Source of the DNA: Candidatus Bathyarchaeota archaeon
GTDB taxonomy: Archaea > Thermoproteota > Bathyarchaeia > Bathyarchaeales > Bathycorpusculaceae
NCBI GenBank assembly: GCA_963833575.1
Contig: CAWHXY010000008.1
Coordinates: 64,001 to 128,000, forward strand
Reading direction: 5' to 3'
Length of the DNA stretch: 64,000 nucleotides
Shown here: positions 40,801 to 50,992 of the stretch, piece after piece
Numbering within the stretch: the stretch's first letter is position 1
Layout: each line of letters starts with the position of its first letter
The notes under the pieces: generated by a model
The model's input: the letters and a program-made list of their open reading frames with translations, nothing else
Databases searched by the model: none
Told to the model about the DNA's origin: nothing
Translations under genes and position numbers: made by a program

Positions 40801-42080
40801 CAGTAACTGCAAGGGATACATATGGCAATATTGCAACAGGTTATCGTGGTACGGTTCATTTCACTTCAAGTGATGGTCAGGCTGTTTTGCCTGCTAACTA
40901 TGTGTTTGTATCTGGTGATAATGGTGTTCATACTTTCACCAATGGGGTTACTTTGAAGACGGTTGGCACTCAGTCGGTTACGGCTACTGACACGGTGACC
41001 GGTTCAATTACTGGGTCCCAGATAGGTATAATTGTTACTCCTGGTGCTCTTGATCATTTCACTTTCAGCGCTATCTCGACGCCTCAGACTGCTGGTACTG
41101 CTATTACGGGTGTTACGATCACAGCTGTGGACGCTAACGGTAATACGGTTACGAGTTATGTGAGTTCGACGACTTTGACTGAGACTGCTGGTGGGGTTGG
41201 CGGAAGTGTTACGCAGTCGCCGGTTACGTTTGCTGGCGGTATATGGTCTGGCTCGTTGACTGTGACCAAGTCAGGCTCCGGCGTTACTATCACTGCTACT
41301 GGTGGTTCTCCAAGCAAGACTGGTACGAGTAACTCCTTCACGGTGAATCCTGGTGCTTTAGCAAAGTTTGCGTTTGCCACGATAAGCACTCAGACTACGG
41401 GTACGGCTTACAGCATTACTGTTACTGCTCAGGATGCTAACGGGAATACTGTTACGAGTTATGTTGGGAACCCAGGTTTGATTTCGTCTTCTTGGGTTGG
41501 TACTAAGAATTTGGGTGCATTTACCAGCGGAACTAGGACTGGTTCGGTTACGTCAACTGTAGCTGGTTCAACCACAATTACTGCTACTGACGGTGTTACT
41601 GGTACAAGTAACTCGTTCACAGTATTAGGAACATTCGGCAACACAAATACTGGAACGAACTATCAAGATGTAAGCAACCTAATCAGAGGTTCACCTTACG
41701 TTGCCCCCGCAACTGGCACTTTACAGAGCATAACTGCATACATTTATGTTACTAGCACGAGCAGAAACATTCAAGCAGCATTATACACAACTTCAGGTGC
41801 TCTCTTAGGTACTTCAAATGTTGTTACTGGAATTAGTGGCGGGGCGCAATCTGTCACGTTTTCCTTCAATACCAAGCCAAGTCTGACTGCTGGAACAACA
41901 TATGAACTAGTCTTGTCAGCTAACTCAGGAGGGTCAGATGTCTATCTTTACTATAGCGGAACAGGAGCGTCAGGTGTTGGCTATCATACTGGCACAGTTA
42001 CATTCAATACATGGCCAAGCGTAACATTCACTGCTGACACTTATCAATACTGCATCTACGGCACATATTCAATCCCTTAA
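37827..42080 (+). CDS. Giant pilin-like adhesin with IPT/TIG and other Ig-like repeats
   Basis: RNNKG|IGTIFGMVFFLLIV class III-like signal, pilin-like WVETTRGN, many PTSGPxGTxVTVTGxxF repeats; no C-terminal TM. Confidence 0.85.
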   Translation: MGVLLTMNLHLKLHRNNKGIGTIFGMVFFLLIVMIVFASLMIILNQNTGLQQTVMQTNQLDQNKASEQLTISQQPNSNLYTNIGSTSVTVNFNITNSGTLPVQVIRLWIEDLNNSATGYLPILPTDKIYSLTPGESQLYSGSVQITLANSNDTLIFWVETTRGNQFTLQQLNGVSPFSVYQSLSNVFGDFLPYYHSIQWSIVTKQGSNYVAGPWHDGWIINPNSGSYVAFRINLTYWGQNTLRIDNDTNIWLENFPGSVYDVGYQEDELPLLYISNYTASTQIFSIYTGHEMTVTPSPIGTNITLYFATLQTADDNGLPINPQTPSGYELEDIEPTVIMTATIYGMSPSTYAQSFLLYAAQSRTLGIDATPPYGPVGTTESVDGTSFQARTTISLFYDSTPITIPTTTTNTAGNFGPVTFIIPPSVAGTHTITAVDSSPSHNTAIAPFTVIPTITLSQTQGPKNTPVTVTGTGFAANSNVGITFGGNAVATTPVVVTTDGFGSFTATFLVPASVAGATPVAATDASGNTASSNFGVTIASISLAPPNAKVGATVTVSGSNFISNSPITIALDGVQVATTTAIATGAIPGGVTFTVPATPAGAHTITATDSTNNIATATLTVTPNTIIAPTSGPYGTSVSITGQGFAASSPITLSFNGANIATSPLSLQTDNTGSFSGSFIVPSSSAGAQPVLSSDGTNSYSNTFTVITRAITLNPTSGPNGATITVTGSNFEPIQVISLSFDASSLTTFPTTVISSGTGAFSCTFNVPNTSVGSHTVNAGDTVPNAVSATFGDVASSLTLNPNNGPIGTRVTVTGSNFLPNSPLTVTYNGVTVVTPNPTSSSTGTIPNGVSFPVPASTFGPHSVVVTDGFGNSATATYTVNAASLALNPVSGLIGTSITATGQGFAASSLVTITFPGYSITTTPTPVQTDTSGSFACSFNNPSFVSGAYIIQASDGTHTAPATFTVNPDVAITLSVTGFPSPVTAGTAASVTVTARDTYGNIATGYRGTVHFTSSDGQAVLPANYVFVSGDNGVHTFTNGVTLKTVGTQSVTATDTVTGSITGSQIGIIVTPGALDHFTFSAISTPQTAGTAITGVTITAVDANGNTVTSYVSSTTLTETAGGVGGSVTQSPVTFAGGIWSGSLTVTKSGSGVTITATGGSPSKTGTSNSFTVNPGALAKFAFATISTQTTGTAYSITVTAQDANGNTVTSYVGNPGLISSSWVGTKNLGAFTSGTRTGSVTSTVAGSTTITATDGVTGTSNSFTVLGTFGNTNTGTNYQDVSNLIRGSPYVAPATGTLQSITAYIYVTSTSRNIQAALYTTSGALLGTSNVVTGISGGAQSVTFSFNTKPSLTAGTTYELVLSANSGGSDVYLYYSGTGASGVGYHTGTVTFNTWPSVTFTADTYQYCIYGTYSIP

Positions 42081-42578
42081 ACGCGCACAAGTACTAGGAG
42101 AAATAGCGATCTCTCAAGAGCACTTTAGCCTTTATTATCAAATCAATTCCCCCTCCAATCTAAGTGCCCATCCTCAGCTCTGCTAAAACAACACGCTATT
42201 GCGCAACCGAGTTCCCAAGAAAAAAGTTACCAACGCGGCGTCCTTTCTAAAACACCGAATATTTCTGCACTTCGTATAGGGGTGGGATGAGTACACAACT
42301 ATAGCATATATACTATTTCAGCCGTCAGACCAATCCGACGATAGGACCTGAGCCGACATTACACATTCTAAATCTCTTACAGCAGATCAAAAGCCCTTGT
42401 CAAATTCATTTGTCACCGCGTTGGCTCGGATGTTAACCTTTGGGTAAGTATCGCAACCCCCAAGCAGACGCTCACCCTTCTCGATTCTCAATATTAGCTT
42501 TCGCACATCTCCCGCAAGTCTCACCAACGATTAAGGATAGCAAACTAAACAAGCGCTTGATAGCTAAACCAAATTTAC

Positions 42579-44243
42579 ATGGTTTATATTGACTCTTTAG
42601 GAATTAATGATGTGGTCGCTAAATTGAAGATATGGAAACGTGAAAAGAAGTCTGAGCAATCACTAGTACCAGCAGAGAATGCTTCAGTTATAGATGAAAC
42701 TATGCCTGGTCCAGCTGTAGAAGATCATGTAGATGCGGCTGGTGGTTCAGAGGTTCCTGAAACTTTCAAAGAGCATTATCCTCTTTTGCTTCCTTTTTCG
42801 TATGCGGCGATTGTTGAAGACGAAAAAAGTGAAGTAAAATATTCGCTTCTCGAGCCAACTTTAACAGAATTAGATAACCAGATGTTAACTGAGCTAAAGA
42901 ATATTCTTTGGGATGAACTTGCAATTAACACAAAAGGCTTCAAAACGGGAGAGGAAGCCGAAGAATTTTTAAAATATAAAATTTTAGAAACAGCGATAAA
43001 ATATCGCATTAACGTTGATGCTAACACACTGGGTAAATATCAATATTATATTAGCCGAGATTTTTTGGGTTTTGGAAAAATCGATGGCATCATGAGGGAT
43101 GATAACATTGAAGACGTTTCCTGTGACGGCACTAACTCACCTGTTTTCGTTTGGCACAGAAAATACGAATCTATACCGTCAAACGTTAAATTTGAAACTC
43201 ACCAAGAACTAGAAAACTTCGTGTTCAAATTGGCCTATCTTTGCGGAAGGCACATTTCTATTGCTCAACCAATCCTTGACGGAACACTATCGGATGGGAG
43301 CAGAGCCCAGGTAACTTACGGAACTGAAGTTACACCTAAAGGCAGCACCTTCACCATCAGAAAATTCAAAAAGACCCCTCTAACAATTACGGACTTAATA
43401 ATTTACAAGGCGCTATCACCTGAAATCGCCGCTTACTACTGGTTCTTAATAGAAAACAGGCATTCAGTCATGATCGGCGGAGACATTGGTGGAGGAAAAA
43501 CCTCAATGCTCAACGCGATCAGCCTTTTCATTAGGCCAACTCTAAAAATTGTAAGCATTGAAGACACTCAGGAAATCAGGTTACCTCATAAGAACTGGGA
43601 AATGATGGTTACAAGGCAAGGTCTTGGTACGGGCGCTGGAGCAGTTGGTGAAGCAGGAATCGGCAGCATCAGCATGTTCGATCTACTACGCGCTGCGTTG
43701 AGACAAAGACCTGACTTTATTATTGTTGGAGAAATCAGAGGCGAAGAAGCGTATGCTCTCTTCCAAGCTATGGCTACGGGGCACTTAGGCTTAACAACTA
43801 TTCACGCAGAACATGTTCAAGGCGTCTTGCACAGGTTAACAACAAAACCAATGAACATTCCACAAACCCAAGTGGAAAACCTGAACGCAATCTCAATAGT
43901 GCGACGTTTGGTTGTAAACAACGTTTCGTTAAGAAGAACTATAAGTGTTTCAGAAATGATCGGTTGGGATCGAGAGAAAAACGATTTCAAAGTTCAAGAC
44001 ATATTCAAATGGGACACGGAAAAAGACATTTATGTAAAAATGGGGAGAAGCCCATTGCTTGATAGAATCGCAGCGCAGTGGGGATACTCAGAAGATGAAA
44101 TTGATCAAGAACTGCTTATGCGGCAAACAATTCTCGAATACATGGTCAGAAAACACTTGCGCTCTTACGAAGATGTCTCCAAATTAGTCTTAGACTACTT
44201 CGCCGACCCACAACAAGTATATCGAAAAGCAAAAGTGAGCTAA
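42579..44243 (+). CDS. Type II/IV secretion system ATPase (VirB11/ArlI/TadA-like pilus assembly ATPase)
   Basis: Walker A GDIGGGKT, SIEDTQEI, ALRQRPDFIIVGEIRGEEA, MATGH...TIHA. Confidence 0.95.
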   Translation: MVYIDSLGINDVVAKLKIWKREKKSEQSLVPAENASVIDETMPGPAVEDHVDAAGGSEVPETFKEHYPLLLPFSYAAIVEDEKSEVKYSLLEPTLTELDNQMLTELKNILWDELAINTKGFKTGEEAEEFLKYKILETAIKYRINVDANTLGKYQYYISRDFLGFGKIDGIMRDDNIEDVSCDGTNSPVFVWHRKYESIPSNVKFETHQELENFVFKLAYLCGRHISIAQPILDGTLSDGSRAQVTYGTEVTPKGSTFTIRKFKKTPLTITDLIIYKALSPEIAAYYWFLIENRHSVMIGGDIGGGKTSMLNAISLFIRPTLKIVSIEDTQEIRLPHKNWEMMVTRQGLGTGAGAVGEAGIGSISMFDLLRAALRQRPDFIIVGEIRGEEAYALFQAMATGHLGLTTIHAEHVQGVLHRLTTKPMNIPQTQVENLNAISIVRRLVVNNVSLRRTISVSEMIGWDREKNDFKVQDIFKWDTEKDIYVKMGRSPLLDRIAAQWGYSEDEIDQELLMRQTILEYMVRKHLRSYEDVSKLVLDYFADPQQVYRKAKVS

Positions 44244-44245
44244 CA

Positions 44246-45127
44246 ATGAAATTTGAACCCTGGTCAACTGCATATGACTTGCTTAACAAGAGATTAGAAA
44301 GGGTATACCCTCAATTTCAAGAGCTCCACGTTCAACTTAAACAAGGCGGCACGCTGATAGCATTCAAAGCCTACGTTGCTTTTATGATTTTGACCTCGAT
44401 AATTGCTTTTGCAGTATCAATCCCAACATCTTTTATTCTTATACCTCTTATAACAGGTATTCCATTTCTCTCAACGTTGAATTTGTTATTTACTTTAGTT
44501 GTAGCAGTCTCGGCATCAATGATAACACTGTTAATAATGTACATCTATCCTGGAATGAAAGCTAGCAATAGAAGCGGACCAATAGACAGGAACCTACCCT
44601 ACATAACAAACTTCTTAACTTTGCTTTCAAGCTCAAATGTTCCACCAAGCCTCATATTCGAATCGATGGCTAAGATTGATAGTCTCAAAGAAGTACGTTT
44701 AGAATTTAGCAACATTATACGTGACATAGAAGTCTTCGGCAGTGACCTCATGAGTTCAATAGTCGAAAACGCCAAATTAACACCGAATGATACACTCGGC
44801 GAAATTCTTGAAGGCTATGTCGCAACAGTAAGAACAGGCGGTAACCCAACTGAATACCTAAAAATCACAACTGAAGCAGTTACAAAGAATCGTATGGGCA
44901 AATTAGATATGATGCTAGAATCTCTTGCAGCTTCAGCTGAAATTTACATAATGATGTTAGTTGCGGCTCCATTGCTTTTCGTAGTTCTTTTTGTTACTTT
45001 AGGCATGATAGGCAGCGGTTCAATTGCAGGTATAAGCATGTCACTAATTCTTTACTTACTCACCTATGTTGGAATCCCAATAATGGGTGCAATAATGATG
45101 GTGATAATGTCAACATTCGAAAAGTGA
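44246..45127 (+). CDS. Type II secretion F-family (TadC/ArlJ-like) pilus membrane platform protein
   Basis: IDRNLPY, IIRDIEVFGSD, TP...TGG pattern with TM helices; follows the ATPase. Confidence 0.9.
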   Translation: MKFEPWSTAYDLLNKRLERVYPQFQELHVQLKQGGTLIAFKAYVAFMILTSIIAFAVSIPTSFILIPLITGIPFLSTLNLLFTLVVAVSASMITLLIMYIYPGMKASNRSGPIDRNLPYITNFLTLLSSSNVPPSLIFESMAKIDSLKEVRLEFSNIIRDIEVFGSDLMSSIVENAKLTPNDTLGEILEGYVATVRTGGNPTEYLKITTEAVTKNRMGKLDMMLESLAASAEIYIMMLVAAPLLFVVLFVTLGMIGSGSIAGISMSLILYLLTYVGIPIMGAIMMVIMSTFEK

Positions 45128-45134
45128 TAACTTA

Positions 45135-45962
45135 ATGAGAATGACTAAACAAGCGACAAAAAGAATATCTATTATTTCAGCAGCTGCAGCGATAGCTTTC
45201 TTCATAGTTGCACTGTATTTCTACCTTCTTTCCCCAACTTTGGATTATATGATGGTAATTGCTTTAACAATAGGTGTTGCGCCTCCAAGCATCGTAGGAA
45301 TCTTACACAACAGATGGAAACTCAAGATTGAAAAAGCAACCCCCGAATTCTTAAGAGATTTAGCCACTGCCTCAAGAACTGGGATACCCTTACAGGTAGC
45401 TTTGGAGCACGCTTCAAAAAGAATGTATGGTCCGCTTACACACGAACTAAAGATATTGGTTGCACATATGAGCTGGGGCATGAACTTTGATGAAGCCCTG
45501 ATAGAATTTAGCGATAGAATAGATTTGCCTCTAATCAAAAAAGCCGCCGTCCTTATTAACGAAGCTGGACGACATGGCGGAGATCTTTCAGACATCTTTG
45601 ATTCCACCGCAAAATACCTCGAAAACATTAATGCTTGGAGTCTAAAGAGAAGACAACAGACAATGCCATATGTTCTAATATTTTACTTCTCAGTCTTCAT
45701 GTTCTTGTTTATCATCATAATTATTTCAAATATGATGTTTGCTCCCCTGAGCCAATCGGCCGCGGGTGCGTCGTCTTTCATTAAGCCAATAATATCACAG
45801 GCGCAGTCAAAACGATTATTCCTACATGCCTCTTTAATAGAATCTCTGTTCGGAGGCTTAATTGCAGGAAAAATCAATGAAGATTCATTTGTTGATGGAT
45901 TAAAACACGTAACTGTTTTAGCTATTGCCTCAGGCGTAGCATTTTACCTGTTTCTCCATTAA
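45135..45962 (+). CDS. Type II secretion F-family (TadC-like) pilus membrane platform protein
   Basis: PEFLRDLA...GIPL..AL, YGPL..E, WG..F.EAL, GLIAGKI. Confidence 0.92.
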   Translation: MRMTKQATKRISIISAAAAIAFFIVALYFYLLSPTLDYMMVIALTIGVAPPSIVGILHNRWKLKIEKATPEFLRDLATASRTGIPLQVALEHASKRMYGPLTHELKILVAHMSWGMNFDEALIEFSDRIDLPLIKKAAVLINEAGRHGGDLSDIFDSTAKYLENINAWSLKRRQQTMPYVLIFYFSVFMFLFIIIIISNMMFAPLSQSAAGASSFIKPIISQAQSKRLFLHASLIESLFGGLIAGKINEDSFVDGLKHVTVLAIASGVAFYLFLH

Positions 45963-46021
45963 ACAAAATGGCGCAAATTATTGAATGTGAATAATGTCCA
46001 AGAATAGGAGTCGAAGAACCA

Positions 46022-47206
46022 ATGAAAAAAACTCAAGAACAAAAAACAGATACCAAACCAGCAGAGCCGCTAAATAGCAGTTCAATTAAAAAAGACGCAT
46101 TTGCCGATGTGTCAGCAGAAGACAAAATCGAACTTGAGCGAAGAGAAGCATACATAGAACACAAAACGCGAAATCTCCTAAGACATCTGCTGCAAGGTGG
46201 AGACAAAGAGGAAATAATTCCTACTTACACTCCAGGCTCAGGATACATGTACAAAGTAACCAATAACGGTTCAAACGAGACAGATGAATTCTCAAAAGAT
46301 TGTCTAGAAGACCTGGATCGTCTTGATATACTTCACAAAAGTTTCTTCGATTCAATAAATATTTGCCCAAACTGCGAATCAACAGTCATGACTCTGCACA
46401 ATAGATGTCCAAAATGCAAAAGTCACAATGTTGAAAAAACTAGCCTAACAGAACATATTCCATGCGGATACATAGATCAGAAAGACAAGTACATACAAAA
46501 TAAATGTCCAAAGTGTGGCGAACTGCTTATCGAAGGTCAGTATAGAAATATGGGCCGTTGGTACATATGCCAAGAATGCAATGAAAAATTTGAAAATCCA
46601 GAATTTGACCTAGTTTGCCGTAACTGCAACAAAAACTTCTCAATTAAACAAGCACAAGTAACAGTAATACCCAAGTTCTCATTAAACGCGAACAGAAAGA
46701 AGGAAATACGCCAGAACGTTGCAAGCCTAGAAAGCATCAGAGCAATCTTAAGTGACTTAGATTTTACAGTCGACATTCCTGGATTTGCAATTGGACAAAA
46801 AAGTGGAATGCAACATCACTTTAGCTTATTGGCTAAAAAAACGATCAATGGAAAAGAAATCATTGTTGCTCTTGATCATGCAGTCAGCGAATCTGAAGTT
46901 CAAGCATCACCATTAATTCTGTATATTTACAAAACTTCAGAATTGAAAGTTGACATACCAATCTTTATTGCGATGCCAGCATTAAGTGAAACTGCAAAAA
47001 AGATAGCTCAAGGTCACGACATTCTTTTAATTGAGGGTTCAACCGAGGGTAAAGAAGAAATCGAGAAAATTAAGCTCGAGATTGAGAACAGAATAGAGCG
47101 CATGAATCAAAAAGGAACAAACAGCAACGATCCGCTAGATGATCCGCCAGAAAACAAACCTGAAACAAAATCTTTCTTTGGCAAGCTAATGGGAAAAAAG
47201 CGATGA
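46022..47206 (+). CDS. TackOD1-like multi-zinc-finger protein with degenerate PD-(D/E)XK-like C-terminal domain
   Basis: CPNC..CPKC..EHIPCG..CPKC..CQEC..CRNC array; GQKSGMQHHFSLL resembles the GxSGxxHxFD nuclease motif but lacks the Asp. Confidence 0.75.
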   Translation: MKKTQEQKTDTKPAEPLNSSSIKKDAFADVSAEDKIELERREAYIEHKTRNLLRHLLQGGDKEEIIPTYTPGSGYMYKVTNNGSNETDEFSKDCLEDLDRLDILHKSFFDSINICPNCESTVMTLHNRCPKCKSHNVEKTSLTEHIPCGYIDQKDKYIQNKCPKCGELLIEGQYRNMGRWYICQECNEKFENPEFDLVCRNCNKNFSIKQAQVTVIPKFSLNANRKKEIRQNVASLESIRAILSDLDFTVDIPGFAIGQKSGMQHHFSLLAKKTINGKEIIVALDHAVSESEVQASPLILYIYKTSELKVDIPIFIAMPALSETAKKIAQGHDILLIEGSTEGKEEIEKIKLEIENRIERMNQKGTNSNDPLDDPPENKPETKSFFGKLMGKKR

Positions 47207-47251
47207 CCAAAAAACACCCAAACGTTAACCATAAATCAAGGAAGAAATCAA

Positions 47252-47701
47252 ATGTCAAAATTAACGACCTTCGAGCAAAATGCCAACGAAAAAAATGAGG
47301 TAGTTACAATGGGCATATTAATTGATGGTAAGAATTCGCTAGAAGAAAAGTTTGACACACTCTTAGTTGAAGCCATTGACGAAGCTATAACATCTTTGGG
47401 TGAACCTGTTAAGAACACATTGTATTTTCATTTGGATAATGATTTTAAGATTACAAAAGAAACTATTGCTGGGCATATTGATGAATTTTCAGGGGTAATT
47501 CATAAGATCTTTGGGCTTGGCGCAAGTCGACTTGAAGTTAAATCTTTAAAGAATCTTTATTCAAAAATTCAACCGAATAGTCAATTACCTGAATTTGTTT
47601 GTTCATTATCAAAATGGATCGAAATGGAAATATCATTTAATGAATATGTAAATAATATTCGAAAGAATTTTTTGACATTAAATAATGAGGCCGTTAGCTG
47701 A
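47252..47701 (+). CDS. DUF3227/NitrOD5-like protein
   Basis: LVEAIDEAITSLGEPVKNTLYFHL...IHKIFGLGASRLE. Confidence 0.72.
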   Translation: MSKLTTFEQNANEKNEVVTMGILIDGKNSLEEKFDTLLVEAIDEAITSLGEPVKNTLYFHLDNDFKITKETIAGHIDEFSGVIHKIFGLGASRLEVKSLKNLYSKIQPNSQLPEFVCSLSKWIEMEISFNEYVNNIRKNFLTLNNEAVS

Positions 47702-47865
47702 GAATTTGCATAATTAGCGAATTACTCTTTTTGACTCCAGCCAATTGTTTGTCAATTTTTGATCCGCGTAGTTTTCTTCTGCTTAAGTCTCTTAAGTCGC
47801 TATGATAAAATTCGATAAATTTTCTTGTAGAATTAATATAAGAAAAAAATAGAAAAAACTATTTT

Positions 47866-48324
47866 TTAAAGGTTTAATTCATCTACTGAAATTTCTTTTA
47901 CGCGCGTTTCAATGAATTCTACTACTTTCATTTCACTAAAGTTCTTTTCTTCTTCTTGTAGTCGCAACTGATCTTTTACTGTACTCAGTAGTTTTTCAAC
48001 ATCAACGGGCTTAATTAGGTATGCGTCTGCGTTTTTGTTTAAGGCTGTAATTGCATTTTGCATTGAAGGGTAACCTGTCACCATTATTTTTCTGGTCCTT
48101 GGAACATTATCTTTCATTAGTTTTAGCAGTTCTACGCCTTCCATGTCTGGCAATCTAATGTCCAAAAGGGCAATGTTGTAGGCTGTTTTCTCTGTCATTT
48201 TGATAGCTTCATATCCAGTAGACGCTACATCTACATTGTATCCTTCGTCCTCAAGTATTATTTTCACTGTATTCCTTATGCTTTCGTCATCGTCCACAAT
48301 TAAAATCCTGGCACATTTATCCAA
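47866..48324 (-). CDS. Response regulator, essentially a stand-alone REC domain
   Basis: ILIVDDD, LLDIRLPDMEG, VTG, YLIKP. Confidence 0.95.
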   Translation of the reverse strand: MDKCARILIVDDDESIRNTVKIILEDEGYNVDVASTGYEAIKMTEKTAYNIALLDIRLPDMEGVELLKLMKDNVPRTRKIMVTGYPSMQNAITALNKNADAYLIKPVDVEKLLSTVKDQLRLQEEEKNFSEMKVVEFIETRVKEISVDELNL

Positions 48325-50632
48325 AATTCTTCACCTCCATTTCTTTTTGTAAAATTGGTAGAGTAACGGTGAATGTTGTCCCTGCATCTTTACATGTTTG
48401 AACGGTTATTGTTCCTTCATGCGCTTCGACGATACGTTTGCAAATTGCTAATCCGAAACCCATTCCTTGAGCTTTTGTAGTAAATAATGGTGAGAAAAGT
48501 TTGGGCAAAACTTCATCAGAGATTCCCATTCCCGTGTCAGCAAAAGAGATTTCCAGACGGTCAGCTACTTGTTTACTGGCAACTGATAATGTGCCCCCGT
48601 TAGGCATCGCATCGATGGCATTTTTAATGAGATTAATAAAAACGCGTTTTATTCTATCTTCGTCGACGTTTATCTCGGCGCTCGCCAGATTATTTGCAAT
48701 TTTTACTTTTTCTGGAACTCGAACCATTGCTAGGGCTTCAGATAGTAATTCTCCAAGTGGAATGTCTTTCCGGTCTAAACGAATTTCTCTTGAATAATCT
48801 AGAAGGTCATTAATTATTTTGTTTGAATGCTCTACACACTTGTTTATGGTTTCAATCATTTCTTTGGCTTGATTTTCTGGAATATCTGCGCCCTTCTTTT
48901 TTAGGTAATATGCTGAGTTTTTAATGCCAGCTAGAGGGTTACGTAAATCGTGTCCAATCATGCCAGCCAATTCGCCGATTGCAGCTAACCTCTCAGACTT
49001 AATTATTTGAGCGTGCGCCTCTTCAAGCTGCTTTGTTTTTTGCAAAACCAAATCTTCGAGATCCTTAGAGTACTTCTCTAATTTGTCCTCCATCTCTTTT
49101 CTTTGAGTGATGTCATTCAAAAGTGCAAGAGTTCCCAAGTTTTTTCCTTGATCATCAGGAATTTGAGAGACTGCAATACTGGCGTAAATGTGAGATCCAT
49201 CTTTCCGGATAAAATCAGACTCAAATTTTCCACTAATTCCATTAGCATAATTATCTAAGTATTCTTTTGCGGAGGTCACTTTGCTTACGTCAATAAACTC
49301 CAAGGCACTCTTACCCACCATCTCACTTTGAGCGTATCCTAACATATCGGCCATTCGAGGATTTACGAACCTTGTAACATAATTTCTGTCAAATGCCCAC
49401 ACGCCTTCTTCTGCAAGCTCAACTAGTTGACGATATTGTGCCTCACTATCTTTCAAAGTATTTTCAACTTTTCTAATTTCTGTAATATCGCGGAAAATAC
49501 AGTGTAGGAACGTTTTTCCACCAAATTTTATGACTTTGGTGTTAACCAAAACATTCTTGATTGACCCATCTTTGGATCGTTGAAGAGTTTCAAATTCTCC
49601 TCCCCCTATTCTTGACACTTCAACCAAATGCCGCGTAAATTCATTTTTGGATTCCTTAGCTTCAATATCTGGAATTGTGAGATTTCCAAACTCTTCTCTT
49701 GAATACCCCAGTTGCTGATGAGCAAAATCGTTAAATTCAATTAATTCAGCGGTTTTCGGATCAACAATCAGCACACCTATTGGAGCTTGATCAAACAAAG
49801 CGTGGTAACGCTGTTCCGCATCTCTTAACATTTCCTCAGCTTCTTTTCTTGAGGTGATGTCTTTTACTACTCCAACAGCGTTCCATTTTCCACCTATTTT
49901 AATTGGTGAAAGTGATAACTCAGCTGGAAACTCGCTGCCGTCTTTGCGACTTGCGATTAATTGTACGTTTCCTATTGTGAAATAGCCTGTGCCAGTTTCA
50001 GTAAAGATTTCTACGCTTGTCTTAATACGTTCAATTGCTTCTTTGCACATGGTTTTAGGAACTATCAGTTCATGCACCTTCTTGCCAATAGCCTCAGATG
50101 ATGAATACCCAAATGTTTTTTCAGCGCCTGGGTTCCAATAAGTAATTTTGGTTTCTTCATCCACTAAAATCATAGGATCCTTAATTGAATTTGTAATGGC
50201 GTAAAATTTTTCTACGTTTTCCCGCGAATCCTCTTTAAGTCGTTTTTGAACGTTTTTTCCTTCAGTAATATCGTGAAAAATAGCCATGTCTAATGTTTGT
50301 CCACTGTATCTAATTCGATTTCCTTTAACTTCTAAATATCTACTTTGTCCATTCTTGTCATATATTTTAATCTCGTAAGGAGTAATAACTGAGCCAGCAA
50401 ACCTTTTTTCGGTATTTTTTGATAACAACGATTTGAATTCTTCACTTACAAAATCCAATTCTGTAATACCCTTTGATAGTAACTGCTCCTTAGTGTAACC
50501 TGTGTATTTTCCTATTGCGTCATTTGCAGACACTATTGTGCCTTTAGAATCAACGACCAAGGCGGGGTCAGGAATTAGATCTATTAGAGTTGACAAAGAA
50601 TCATTTTTTCTACGATTTTTGTTCTCTTGCAT
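48317..50632 (-). CDS. Cytoplasmic multi-PAS sensor histidine kinase
   Basis: Four PAS/PAC domains, H-box GHDLRNPL, NLIKNAIDAM, DTGMGI, FTTKAQGMGFGL. Confidence 0.95.
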   Translation of the reverse strand: MQENKNRRKNDSLSTLIDLIPDPALVVDSKGTIVSANDAIGKYTGYTKEQLLSKGITELDFVSEEFKSLLSKNTEKRFAGSVITPYEIKIYDKNGQSRYLEVKGNRIRYSGQTLDMAIFHDITEGKNVQKRLKEDSRENVEKFYAITNSIKDPMILVDEETKITYWNPGAEKTFGYSSSEAIGKKVHELIVPKTMCKEAIERIKTSVEIFTETGTGYFTIGNVQLIASRKDGSEFPAELSLSPIKIGGKWNAVGVVKDITSRKEAEEMLRDAEQRYHALFDQAPIGVLIVDPKTAELIEFNDFAHQQLGYSREEFGNLTIPDIEAKESKNEFTRHLVEVSRIGGGEFETLQRSKDGSIKNVLVNTKVIKFGGKTFLHCIFRDITEIRKVENTLKDSEAQYRQLVELAEEGVWAFDRNYVTRFVNPRMADMLGYAQSEMVGKSALEFIDVSKVTSAKEYLDNYANGISGKFESDFIRKDGSHIYASIAVSQIPDDQGKNLGTLALLNDITQRKEMEDKLEKYSKDLEDLVLQKTKQLEEAHAQIIKSERLAAIGELAGMIGHDLRNPLAGIKNSAYYLKKKGADIPENQAKEMIETINKCVEHSNKIINDLLDYSREIRLDRKDIPLGELLSEALAMVRVPEKVKIANNLASAEINVDEDRIKRVFINLIKNAIDAMPNGGTLSVASKQVADRLEISFADTGMGISDEVLPKLFSPLFTTKAQGMGFGLAICKRIVEAHEGTITVQTCKDAGTTFTVTLPILQKEMEVKNFG

Positions 50633-50643
50633 CTACTCTTCCT

Positions 50644-50790
50644 CTAATTCCATGATTTCGTACTATCCTTAATGTCAAGCTTCAACGCTTTTTTTCTGCA
50701 TGTTTTGAAATAGGATGATGGGTCGTTTAGAGCGTGGACTGAAACCTTGTCATGAATCTCTGAAATGTTCGTGTTTGTAGAAGTACTCAT
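50644..50790 (-). CDS. Possible small protein (48 aa) upstream of the kinase
   Basis: ATG-started ORF MSTSTNTNISEIHDK... ends 11 bp before the kinase start. Confidence 0.3.
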   Translation of the reverse strand: MSTSTNTNISEIHDKVSVHALNDPSSYFKTCRKKALKLDIKDSTKSWN

Positions 50791-50992
50791 TCTGTCACGT
50801 GAATTATGATAATTCATGATTGTTTGCTACCACTCTCTGAACTGATTTGAATTCAAGTTAGCGGAAACAAAATAAAGGTTTACGGATTTTAGATACATAG
50901 GGTAAATTCACGGTTCACTGCATAAGTTTCTTTACGTAACTCTTCTGAGCAAAAGTAATCTTAATTCAACAACCGTTTTTTTGCCCAAGGCA

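Noticed and set aside
35791-45962. Archaellum locus
   Set aside because: No ArlH/ArlF/ArlG or che genes; two separate TadC-like genes and SP-type pilins point to a type IV pilus
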